Below are positions 16,001-24,308 of a stretch of 64,000 nt of DNA, one piece after another (within the stretch, counting starts at the first letter, position 1; each line of letters opens with the position of its first letter). The notes beneath the pieces are model-generated. The model saw nothing but the letters and a program-made list of their open reading frames with translations. It was not told the DNA's origin and ran no database searches. The DNA is from an uncultured Pseudomonadota bacterium (lineage in GTDB: Bacteria > Pseudomonadota > Gammaproteobacteria > Steroidobacterales > Steroidobacteraceae). The stretch is taken from contig CAVVXG010000035.1 of NCBI GenBank assembly GCA_963752125.1, forward strand, positions 18,139-82,138. Reading direction: 5' to 3'. The translations under genes were made by a program, and so were the position numbers.

Positions 16001-17937
16001 CGCTCGGCGTCGCCGCGCTCTTGGTGGTGAACGCGGTGCCGTCGCTGGCGGCGCCGCAAGCGGGCGGGGCGCCTGTAGTTCAACACTACGACGAGGCCCT
16101 GCTGTCGAAGCCAACCTACAAGGTCAAGGTTGAGATCGACGTCCAGGTGCCGATGCGCGACGGCGTGACCTCTTCGGTCGACATCTATCGGCCGGATGCC
16201 CTGGGTCAATTTCCCACCATCCTCTATCGCACGCCCTACAGCAACAACACCGAGCAGGCCGTCGCCGTCTCGAAGTGGTTTGCCGAGCGCGGCTACGTGT
16301 ATCTGTACCAGGATGTGCGCGGCAAGTACGACTCGAAGGGCGACTTCTATCCATTCCGTCACGAGCCGGACGACGGCTATGACATGGATGAATGGGTCGG
16401 GAAGCAGCCCTGGTTCAACGGCAAGCTCGGCACCATGGGCGGCTCCTACTCCGGCTATACGCAGTGGGGACAGGCGATCCGCGGCAGCCGCTATCTAACC
16501 GCGCAGGCGCCGCAATTCACGACGCCGGATGTGTATGGCAACTGGATTTATATCGACGGAGCGCTGAACTACGCGTTCGCCCTGTCGTGGGGCGCAACCC
16601 AGATCGACGGCCATGTCGGGCAGTCGACCGGGAATGCGATCGACATGGCAGATGTGTATCGGACGCTGCCAATCGCTGCCGCGCCCGCAGCAGCTGGCCA
16701 CCGCGCGCCTCACTACCACGACTGGATCTCACATCCGACGCGGGACGCTTACTGGAATGATTTGAGCTTTGAGAAAGCGTATCAGACGGTCGAAGTGCCC
16801 ATGCTCACGGTGGAGGGCTGGTACGACATTTTTCTGCGCGGGGCGCTGCAGGACGATGTTGGCATGCATGCGGCAGGCAAGCCGGAGGCTCGTGCGGGCA
16901 AGCGTCTGGTTATCGGACCGTGGATTCATGGCGCCAGTAGTCGCACCAACCTGTATCCCGGGCAGCCGGCGGATCCTGATGCTGTTGACTTCGGGCCACA
17001 GGCTGACGTCGACTTGCAAAAGGTGTATCTGCGCTGGTTCGACTATTGGCTGAAAGGGATCGATAACGGGGTAAAAGACGAGCCACCCGTCAAGATCTTC
17101 GTGATGGGCGAGAATGCCTGGCGCTACGAGCACGAATGGCCGCTCAAGCGTGCGCAGGCCACGAACTATTATCTTTCAAGCGGGGGGAGGGCGAATACCC
17201 TCGGTGGCGATGGGCGCCTGTCGAGGCAACCGGAGCGTGACCGAAACGCAGTGGAGGAAATCCCACGAAGCGCCTACGGTGCGACGTGGGGCAGCGGAGG
17301 GAATCCCGAGAAGCGCCAGCGGCGCGACGCGGGACGACCGGCTCGCCTCTCCGCGCCGATCGACACTTACGTTTACGACCCGAAAGATCCAGTGCCCACC
17401 ACGGGCGGTACATCGTGCTGCGCGGCCCTGACCTCTGTTGGACCAAAGGATCAGCGCCCAGTTGAAAAAAGGTCCGACGTGCTCGTGTTTACGACCGACC
17501 CTTTGACGGAAAGGGTCGAAGTAACAGGGCCCGTCACATTGACCCTTTACGCTGCGACCACTGCAAAGGATACGGACTGGACAGCGAAGCTGGTGGACGT
17601 GGGGCCGGATGGCTTCGCGCGCAACGTGCAGGAGGGCATCCTGCGTGCGAGATATCGGGAAACGCGGGGTAAGAGCCCCGGTACGCTATTGCAGCCGGGC
17701 AAAGTGTACGAGTACACGATCGATCTGTGGGCGAGCAGCAATGCCTTCCTGCCCGGCCATCGGATCCGCCTCGAGGTCTCGAGCAGCGACTTTCCGCATT
17801 TCGACCGGAATCTCAACACCGGCGAGGACACTGCGACGGTGAGCCGAATGGAAGTGGCTACCCAATCCGTCTATCACAGCGCGCGCTATCCGTCGCATCT
17901 GCTGCTGCCGATCATTCCTCTTTCCCCGTCGCGATAG
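15922..17937 (+). CDS. CocE/NonD-family serine hydrolase (X-Pro dipeptidyl-peptidase S15-like)
   Basis: RTPYSNN..., nucleophile elbow MGGSYSGYTQW, and a C-terminal beta-sandwich part ...YDPKDPVPTTGG...FPHFDRNLNTG. Start uncertain: ATG 15922 overlaps the previous gene by 79 nt and alternative non-ATG starts are possible. Confidence 0.85.
   Translation: MADRGLDASQDAGYHAYRGIHLRTGLALGVAALLVVNAVPSLAAPQAGGAPVVQHYDEALLSKPTYKVKVEIDVQVPMRDGVTSSVDIYRPDALGQFPTILYRTPYSNNTEQAVAVSKWFAERGYVYLYQDVRGKYDSKGDFYPFRHEPDDGYDMDEWVGKQPWFNGKLGTMGGSYSGYTQWGQAIRGSRYLTAQAPQFTTPDVYGNWIYIDGALNYAFALSWGATQIDGHVGQSTGNAIDMADVYRTLPIAAAPAAAGHRAPHYHDWISHPTRDAYWNDLSFEKAYQTVEVPMLTVEGWYDIFLRGALQDDVGMHAAGKPEARAGKRLVIGPWIHGASSRTNLYPGQPADPDAVDFGPQADVDLQKVYLRWFDYWLKGIDNGVKDEPPVKIFVMGENAWRYEHEWPLKRAQATNYYLSSGGRANTLGGDGRLSRQPERDRNAVEEIPRSAYGATWGSGGNPEKRQRRDAGRPARLSAPIDTYVYDPKDPVPTTGGTSCCAALTSVGPKDQRPVEKRSDVLVFTTDPLTERVEVTGPVTLTLYAATTAKDTDWTAKLVDVGPDGFARNVQEGILRARYRETRGKSPGTLLQPGKVYEYTIDLWASSNAFLPGHRIRLEVSSSDFPHFDRNLNTGEDTATVSRMEVATQSVYHSARYPSHLLLPIIPLSPSR
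17251..17336 (+). repeat. Imperfect 43-bp tandem duplication inside the CocE/NonD gene
   Basis: 17251-17293 versus 17294-17336 match at 33 of 43 positions (hand alignment). The period is not a multiple of 3, so the two copies are read in different frames. Confidence 0.5.
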
Positions 17938-18065
17938 GCGTCGCGACCCCGTCTCCAACATGACAGCGACCATGGCCGCCAGCTTGGGTGCTGGCGGCTA
18001 TCTGCATGTGATTTTCCTCGGGCCCCAGTCAGCTCGCCACATGAAAGCCTCCTGAAAATAGAGCC

Positions 18066-18132
18066 ATGCCGATGCGGTATGGAGACCATTTAAAAATGGT
18101 CTTTGAGTCGCGAGAGACATCTCCCCTAGAGT
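18066..18132 (+). promoter_or_regulatory. Conserved operator+promoter module, copy upstream of TonB-dependent receptor 2
   Basis: Dyad ATGCCGATGCGGTAT at 18066-18080. Second dyad ACCATT-TAAA-AATGGT at 18085-18100. TTGAGT at 18103-18108. CTAGAGT at 18126-18132. Confidence 0.55.
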
Positions 18133-18226
18133 CCGAGTGCCGGTCCCGACTAACAGTTGTTTACAACATCGGCGGGATCGATGTGCATGGCGGTCCGAAA
18201 GCATTGAAAAAATGATAGGGGGCAGA

Positions 18227-20734
18227 ATGTTGAAGCGAAGTGCGGGCTCAATAACGCATCAGGGGAGCGATGCTACTCAGAGCGAGCAGGGCATCTCCGG
18301 GCGGGTGGCGCTCGCAGTGGCGGTGGCCATGGGAGCCGCGGCCGCAGCCCAGGCTCAGACAGCGCCACAAGCGAGCGCCGGGCTCGAGGAAATCGTCGTA
18401 ACCGCCACGCGCCGCGCGGAGAGCATCCAGGACGTGCCGATCAGCGTATCGGCGTTCAGCACCGAGAAGATGGACATTCAGGGCGTGAAGTCGGTGGACG
18501 ACATCGCGCGCCTCACTCCCGGTATCAACTTCAGCCGCGGCGGGTTCGGCAGTACCTCTCTCGGCGGTACGTCCGTTTCCATCCGCGGTGTCGGATCGAG
18601 TGCCGGCTCCGCGCCCATTGGTATCTATATCGACGATACGCCGATCCAGGTCCCCTCGGTGACACCGAGCGGCAACTTCAACGACGACGCTTTCCCGCAG
18701 CTGTTCGACATTCAGCGCGTGGAAGTGCTCCGCGGTCCGCAGGGTACGCTCTTCGGGGCGGGCGCCGAAGGCGGCGCGGTCCGCTTCATCACCCCGGGGC
18801 CGAACTTCGACAAGGCCTCGGTCTATGCGAAGACTGATGTATCCACTACCACGTACGGCGATCCGAGCTATGAGGCGGGCATCGCCGGCGGCGCACCTAT
18901 CATCGACGACAAGCTTGCCTTCCGTGCGAGCGTGTGGACGCGCCGGGACGGCGGGTATGTCGATCAGGTGGACTATTACACCGGTCAGACGCTGAACCCG
19001 AACAACAACTCCACGCAGAGCACGTCTGCGCGCCTCGCGTTGGGCTGGAAGCCGATTGACGGCCTTACCATCACGCCATCGGTGTTCTACCAGAAGGTCC
19101 GGGCGCAAGGCTCGAACAGGTTCTGGCTGCACGGCGACAACAGTCCCGCCACCGACCCTAACGTCAAACAGTTTGTGCCGTTGACCCAGCCCTGGGGTGA
19201 CGTAGCCAACGGGCACTACGTCAATCTGTCGCAGACAATACCGACCTCCGTCCAGCGGCTCGCGCTGCCCGCGCTGAAGGCCGAGTGGATGCTGCCGCAC
19301 AATATGGAGATCATCTCCAACACGTCGTACTACGACCGGGAAGAGCACACCGTCGCGGACTACACCGGACTTCACGTCGGCAATTTCGCCGGCTTGCTGT
19401 TCGCGAGCCCGATCTGGAACGCGGCGTCCCAACAGGAGCAGGTCAACAAGTACTTCACGCAGGAAGTGCGGCTGCAGTCGACCGCTAGTGACTCGCCCCT
19501 GCAGTGGCAAACGGGCTTGTTCTATTCCCACGACGTCAACGAGGGCAACGGCCAGACCTACGATCCGTATCTCGGAGACATTCTCACCAAGGCCGGCCGT
19601 TGCGCGACCCCGGTAGGGTGCGTGCAGGCTATTTACGGCCAGCCGCTCCTCGATGGCGTGTATACCTTCCGTAGCAATTCGAAGGTTACGGAAACGCAGA
19701 AGGCCGTGTTCGGGCAGTTGGACTATAAGCTGCCGCTGCATCTCATCGCGACGGTGGGACTCAGGTACTCAAAGTACACCAACGACTTATATAACCCGAA
19801 CGGCGGCCCGACGACTTCCAAGCCCTGGCCGACTGTCATCACCGGCAGCGCGGCACACTCGGTCGTGACGCCGAAGTACGTGCTGTCGTACAAGATGGAC
19901 AACCTGCTCGTCTACGGTAGTGCCAGCAAGGGCTTCCGCAACGGCGGAGCAATTCCGCCGGTAACCGACAACAGGTGTGCCGCCAGCCTGCCGCTCCTTG
20001 GCCTCAAGGATTACCCGACGGCCTACAAGCCCGACAGCTTATGGAGCTACGAACTCGGATCGAAGTGGACCGGCCTCAACGGCAGACTGACGTTGGCGGC
20101 GTCCGTGTTCGACATCGAGTGGAAGGACCAGATCCGCAACGTGAGCCTGCCGACCTGCGCGTATCAATACACGGCCAATATCGGCGCGGCGCAAAGCCGG
20201 GGCTTCGATCTCGAGATGACTTACCGTCTGCTCGATCCGTTGACCTTGTCCCTGAATGGGGGTTACCAGATGGTCAAGGCGAAGCAGACTATCCTGCCGG
20301 CCCCTGGTTCCCAGTACCACACCGTCACGGCAGGCGATGCCCTCGACGGATCGTATCCGACCGTGAATGCGGCTGCGCAGTACGCTTTCGAGATCGCGGA
20401 GCATGCCTCGTACTTCCGGGTGGACTACAACTACACCGGCAGGACTGCGCGCGGGACCTCCTTCAACCCGCAGGACCAGGACTATCCGAACCCGGCGACC
20501 AACGCGCCCTATACGCTGTTCCGGGATCCGCCCCTCCACACGACCAACGTGCGCCTGGGTTCGCAGTTCGGCAACTGGGATATTTCGTTGTACTCCAACA
20601 ACCTGTTCAACGCCCAGCCGCTGCTTCTCCAACAGCGCACGACCGTCACGTTCGCCGGTGTGCTGTCGGGACAGATGGAGGCCCAAACACTGCGTCCGCG
20701 CACCTCGGGCATTACTGCGGTCTACCGCTACTGA
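18227..20734 (+). CDS. TonB-dependent receptor (copy 2, paralog of 11763-14303)
   Basis: Collinear with copy 1 from MLKRSAG... through LEEIVVTATRRAESIQDVPISVSAF to the C-terminal ...GITAVYRY. Confidence 0.9.
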   Translation: MLKRSAGSITHQGSDATQSEQGISGRVALAVAVAMGAAAAAQAQTAPQASAGLEEIVVTATRRAESIQDVPISVSAFSTEKMDIQGVKSVDDIARLTPGINFSRGGFGSTSLGGTSVSIRGVGSSAGSAPIGIYIDDTPIQVPSVTPSGNFNDDAFPQLFDIQRVEVLRGPQGTLFGAGAEGGAVRFITPGPNFDKASVYAKTDVSTTTYGDPSYEAGIAGGAPIIDDKLAFRASVWTRRDGGYVDQVDYYTGQTLNPNNNSTQSTSARLALGWKPIDGLTITPSVFYQKVRAQGSNRFWLHGDNSPATDPNVKQFVPLTQPWGDVANGHYVNLSQTIPTSVQRLALPALKAEWMLPHNMEIISNTSYYDREEHTVADYTGLHVGNFAGLLFASPIWNAASQQEQVNKYFTQEVRLQSTASDSPLQWQTGLFYSHDVNEGNGQTYDPYLGDILTKAGRCATPVGCVQAIYGQPLLDGVYTFRSNSKVTETQKAVFGQLDYKLPLHLIATVGLRYSKYTNDLYNPNGGPTTSKPWPTVITGSAAHSVVTPKYVLSYKMDNLLVYGSASKGFRNGGAIPPVTDNRCAASLPLLGLKDYPTAYKPDSLWSYELGSKWTGLNGRLTLAASVFDIEWKDQIRNVSLPTCAYQYTANIGAAQSRGFDLEMTYRLLDPLTLSLNGGYQMVKAKQTILPAPGSQYHTVTAGDALDGSYPTVNAAAQYAFEIAEHASYFRVDYNYTGRTARGTSFNPQDQDYPNPATNAPYTLFRDPPLHTTNVRLGSQFGNWDISLYSNNLFNAQPLLLQQRTTVTFAGVLSGQMEAQTLRPRTSGITAVYRY

Positions 20735-20766
20735 TTCCGACTGTGAAGGAAACAGGGCTATGCGAG

Positions 20767-20878
20767 ATGGCTTTCAAGGAATGTTGAAGCTCTGGGTTTC
20801 GCACTAGCCCTGGCCGCGGTCGCTGTCGGCGCGCCCCCCGCGCCGACAGCGACCGGCCGGCTTGGTTTTGACTGATAT
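20767..20878 (+). pseudogene. Truncated, frame-broken 5' fragment of a paralog of the 15347-16000 gene
   Basis: The DNA aligns by eye to 15335-15455 (..gcgagATG..ggtttcgcact..ctggccgcggtcgc.gtcgg...ccccccgcgccgac.gcg.ccggccgg..ctgatat). There is an in-frame TGA after 6 codons. Homology stops at about 20878, where the vapB operator begins. Confidence 0.55.
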
Positions 20879-20905
20879 GCATCAATGTGCCATATTGATG
20901 CATAT
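20875..20905 (+). promoter_or_regulatory. Candidate VapB operator: perfect 12-bp inverted repeat overlapping the vapB start codon
   Basis: ATATGCATCAAT (20875-20886), 7-nt spacer, ATTGATGCATAT (20894-20905). The vapB ATG is at 20904. Confidence 0.5.
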
Positions 20906-21104
20906 GAGAACGACCCTGATAATCAACGATGAGTTGCTGAAAAAGGCTCAGGACCTAAGCGGCCTGCAGGAAAAGACTGCGGTCGTGCATGCGGGGCTGC
21001 AGGCGCTGATCACTCGCGAAGCGGCGAAACGCCTTGCGGCACTGGGCGGCACCGAGCGGGGGTTGAAGCCGATTCCCCGCCGGCGCTCACAGTCGGGCAA
21101 ATAA
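20904..21104 (+). CDS. vapB: Type II antitoxin, VapB-like
   Basis: 66 aa from ATG 20904 (MRTTLIINDELLKKAQDLSGLQEKTAVVHAGLQALI...). It lies immediately upstream of a PIN toxin gene. Confidence 0.75.
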   Translation: MRTTLIINDELLKKAQDLSGLQEKTAVVHAGLQALITREAAKRLAALGGTERGLKPIPRRRSQSGK

Positions 21105-21109
21105 CGGTC

Positions 21110-21469
21110 TTGCTCGTCGATACGTCGGTTTGGGTGGATCATTTCCGCCGACGCAATACGGCCCTGATTGAATTGCTGGAGCAAGGACAGGTCTGGACGC
21201 ATCCGTTCGTGATCGGGGAACTGGCGTCTGGCAATTTAGCCCAGCGAGGAACAATCCTCCGAGCCCTTGCCGAACTTCCGCATGTCGCCCTTGCAACTCA
21301 CGAAGAAGTGCTCGGGTTCGTTGAGGCGCGACATCTGATGGGACGTGGGCTTGGGTGGATCGACCTGCATTTGTTGGCTTCGTCGACCCTCGCGAAGCTG
21401 CCTTTCTGGACTGTTGATAAGCGACTCTGCGCTGCAGCTCAAGAACTGGGTGTCCATTTCCAGAACTGA
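21110..21469 (+). CDS. vapC: Type II toxin, PIN-domain ribonuclease VapC
   Basis: LVDTSVWVDHFR...THPFVIGELA...IDLHLL..., the characteristic PIN acidic residues. TTG start 5 nt after the vapB stop. Confidence 0.85.
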   Translation: MLVDTSVWVDHFRRRNTALIELLEQGQVWTHPFVIGELASGNLAQRGTILRALAELPHVALATHEEVLGFVEARHLMGRGLGWIDLHLLASSTLAKLPFWTVDKRLCAAAQELGVHFQN

Positions 21470-21504
21470 GCGGCACTCGCGGCGCCTGGCAGGGGCTAGG
21501 GCAA

Positions 21505-21580
<76 letters not shown>

Positions 21581-21704
21581 CCCGAATTGCCGTCCGGGTC
21601 GCGAAGGAAGCTGATGACGCCTATCCTAGCGCGGGCCGCGATTCTATAGATTACGCCACTTCCCGTCACCCCGCGTTTTACGCGGCGGGTCACGAGATTT
21701 GCGA

Positions 21705-22136
21705 TCAGCTTTTTCTTCGCAGGCGGATGACGACGTCGATGCCGGCCACCTCGGTGCCCGGGGGAGGCGGGGGTAGGCGGCTGAATTCCACTTCCGGAAC
21801 GGGCACATCGATGAGGGCGCCCGTGCTCACGTCATGGAAGTGGTAGTGGGCGTCGACGTTGGAGTCAAACCAGGCGCGCGAGCCGTCGACCGAAAGCTGG
21901 CGAATCAGGCCACGCTCGGCAAAGAGGTTGAGCGTGTTGTAGACCGTGGCTTTGGAGACCCGCGCGCCTGCGGCACGGAGGCTGTCCAGAATCTGCTCCG
22001 CGGACAAATGCTGCGGTGCGGACAGCAGCAGTGCTGCAATACGCACTCGCTGGCCGGTCGGGCGGATACCGCAGTCCGACAGCCTACGTTCGCACTGGGA
22101 GGCGATGGACTCGCCTGACGGGGCCGAAAAATCCAT
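21705..22136 (-). CDS. Fur-family transcriptional regulator, Irr-like (no CxxC zinc motifs, HYHFH motif)
   Basis: 143 aa: ...RPTGQRVRIAALLLSAPQHLSAEQILDSL...VSKATVYNTLNLFAERGLI...FDSNVDAHYHFH. Winged-helix Fur fold signature without the C-terminal cysteine pairs. Confidence 0.8.
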   Translation of the reverse strand: MDFSAPSGESIASQCERRLSDCGIRPTGQRVRIAALLLSAPQHLSAEQILDSLRAAGARVSKATVYNTLNLFAERGLIRQLSVDGSRAWFDSNVDAHYHFHDVSTGALIDVPVPEVEFSRLPPPPPGTEVAGIDVVIRLRRKS

Positions 22137-22349
22137 GGTTCCTTGAGTGTAAGCGCATCTTTGCGTTGGAACTCGTCACTCTTGTACCGCCACCGGTGCC
22201 GAAAGGTCAATGCTGCAACCGCACGAAGTGACCGCACCATGGTCGAAGTGAGGTGAATTGGTAATAATATGTAAAATAAGTGCTCAGGAGTTCTATCCGC
22301 TGCGTGGCGCAGGGCACCATTGTGCGGCCGCGCCGGTTAAGCCTGCGGT

Positions 22350-24308
22350 TCAAAGCTTGCCTTGCAGATGCCTCGCCAGCTCCGCGATGGTCGGGAAGTC
22401 GAATAGTTCGGTGAGATCGACCAGCCCGGGATACTCGTGGTCGATGCGCTCGTGAATCTCAATCAGCTTCAACGAGCTGGCCCCCACCTCGAACAGATTG
22501 TCATTGACCCCGACACGCTTGCCTTCCATTGCCGTGTCGACAATCGTCTTCAACTTGTCTTCGATTGCAGACAGTGAGCCGGCTTCCGGGGCCGCGCCGT
22601 GCGCGGCGGCGCGTAACGCCGCCAGCTCCTTGAGCTCGGCGTCGAATTCGCCGTCGAGATAACTTTCCTCCAGCAGATGGCGTTGGATCTTGCCGCTGGT
22701 GGTCTTGGGGATGCGTTTAACAGGCACCACCGCGCCGACCTCGAGTCCCGTCTGCTCGTTGATGAGTCGGGCGACCTGGGTCGCGACGGCCAAGAACTCT
22801 GGCGCTCCACTGCGATGGAGCACGAACACGGTAAGTTGTTCTGTCTGTGAGTCGCGCGGCCGCACGCCGGCGGCCACCACTTTACCCAACTCGAGCCCTT
22901 CGACCCGCTGCGCGATCGTTTCGATGTCGTGCGGGTAGTAGTTCTGGCCGTTGACGAAAATGATTTCCTTGGCGCGCCCGGAGACGAACAGCTCCCCGTC
23001 ATGAAATAACCCGAGGTCGCCGGTGCGCACCCAGCCGTCGGCGGTGAACGCCGCCGCGTTGGCTTGGCTGTTCTCGAAATAACCGCCGGTGACGTTCTCG
23101 CCCGTGATCTGCACGTGCCCGATCCGATCTTGCGGCAGCGGCCGGTCGTCGTCGCCGGTTACCCGAATCTGACAGTAGGGGATGACTTTCCCTTCGCAGA
23201 TGAGCTCCACCGCATCCTTGTCGGACTTCGCGACCGGCTCGACCGGGCTGCCGACATTCAGGCGATGTCTGTTGAGGGTGAGCGTGCGCAGCGGCGCGCC
23301 AACTTGCGGGAAGGTCACCGCGAGTGAGGCCTCCGCCAGGCCATACACCGGGAACATGGCATTGCGCGCGAGTTTCGCCGGCGCAAGTCGCGTCAGGAAT
23401 TCGTCGCAAAGCTCGACCGAAATGGGCTCCGCGCCGTTGAAAATGAGCCGGGTCGCGGACAGATCGAGCCCCTCGAGCGGGCGCTCGCCCAACACCTTCA
23501 GATAGTGTTTGTAGCCGAAGTTGGGCGAGCACAGGATCGTCGCGCGTACCCGCGAGGCCAGTGTCAGCCACAGCAGGGGTCGCCGTACGAACAGCTCGGT
23601 CGGCATCAGGTGCGCATGCACCTGGCGCGAGAACATGATGATGTGAAAGCCGATCAGGCCCATGTCGTGAGTGAGGGGCATCCACGACAGGCTGACGTCC
23701 TCACTCGTGAGTTGCGCCGCCTGGCTGACGCCACGGCAGTTCGCAATGACATTGCTGTGGGTGAGAACAACTCCTTTCGGCTCGCTGGTCGAGCCCGAGG
23801 AGAACTGGATGAATGCAACATCCTGCGGCTTTGCCGCGTAGGTCTTGCCGGGGCGTGAGATGTCGTCGAGGTCGTCGACCAGGAAGGCCCGCGAGCGCAG
23901 CCCGTTGAACAATTCGGTCTCACCGACCTGGGCGGCGAAGGTCCCGATGCGATCGAGTGAGCGGCGCTCGGTGTAGATGAACGGGTTGCCGAGCTTGCGC
24001 GCTACGCGCAGCAGCTTATGGCGGTGCTCGTCGCTGATCCCCAGAGCGATGGGAACCGGCACGATGCCGCCGATGATGGCCGCCCAAAAGGCATCGATGA
24101 ACTGCTCGTTGTTGCCGAGGAACAGGATGAGTTTGTCACCGCGCTTGGCACCGATGCGCTGCAGGTGATAGAGGATGCCGAGCGCACGCTCGTGGAGCTC
24201 CGCGTAGGAGACCTCGCGCGAGTCATTCTCGCCTTCCAGATAGGTGATGCTCTTCGCAACGTTGCGGTTGGATTCGAACAGCTCGGTCAGGGTCGTGGCT
24301 TTCAACAT
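22350..24308 (-). CDS. Fatty acyl-AMP ligase (FAAL) fused to a C-terminal acyl/peptidyl carrier domain
   Basis: AMP-binding motifs FIQFSSGSTSEPKGVVLTH, MPLTHDMGLIG, ...GDLG..., ...PKTTSGKIQR. The C-terminal carrier domain has DNLFEVGASSLKLIE (Ser attachment site). Confidence 0.85.
   Translation of the reverse strand: MLKATTLTELFESNRNVAKSITYLEGENDSREVSYAELHERALGILYHLQRIGAKRGDKLILFLGNNEQFIDAFWAAIIGGIVPVPIALGISDEHRHKLLRVARKLGNPFIYTERRSLDRIGTFAAQVGETELFNGLRSRAFLVDDLDDISRPGKTYAAKPQDVAFIQFSSGSTSEPKGVVLTHSNVIANCRGVSQAAQLTSEDVSLSWMPLTHDMGLIGFHIIMFSRQVHAHLMPTELFVRRPLLWLTLASRVRATILCSPNFGYKHYLKVLGERPLEGLDLSATRLIFNGAEPISVELCDEFLTRLAPAKLARNAMFPVYGLAEASLAVTFPQVGAPLRTLTLNRHRLNVGSPVEPVAKSDKDAVELICEGKVIPYCQIRVTGDDDRPLPQDRIGHVQITGENVTGGYFENSQANAAAFTADGWVRTGDLGLFHDGELFVSGRAKEIIFVNGQNYYPHDIETIAQRVEGLELGKVVAAGVRPRDSQTEQLTVFVLHRSGAPEFLAVATQVARLINEQTGLEVGAVVPVKRIPKTTSGKIQRHLLEESYLDGEFDAELKELAALRAAAHGAAPEAGSLSAIEDKLKTIVDTAMEGKRVGVNDNLFEVGASSLKLIEIHERIDHEYPGLVDLTELFDFPTIAELARHLQGKL

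Noticed and set aside
18248-19741. 497-aa ORF on the minus strand, antisense to TonB-dependent receptor 2. Similar long antisense ORFs occur at 12822-13541 and 13731-14450 opposite receptor 1.
   Set aside because: Arg/Ala/Gly/Val-rich, motif-free translation lying entirely inside a well-supported conserved gene. This is the typical shadow ORF of high-GC DNA.
22255-22280. AT-rich stretch GAATTGGTAATAATATGTAAAATAAG upstream of the Fur-like gene, considered as a Fur box.
   Set aside because: It gives only partial hexamer matches to GATAAT repeats and has no clear dyad symmetry. It may just be a promoter -10/UP region.
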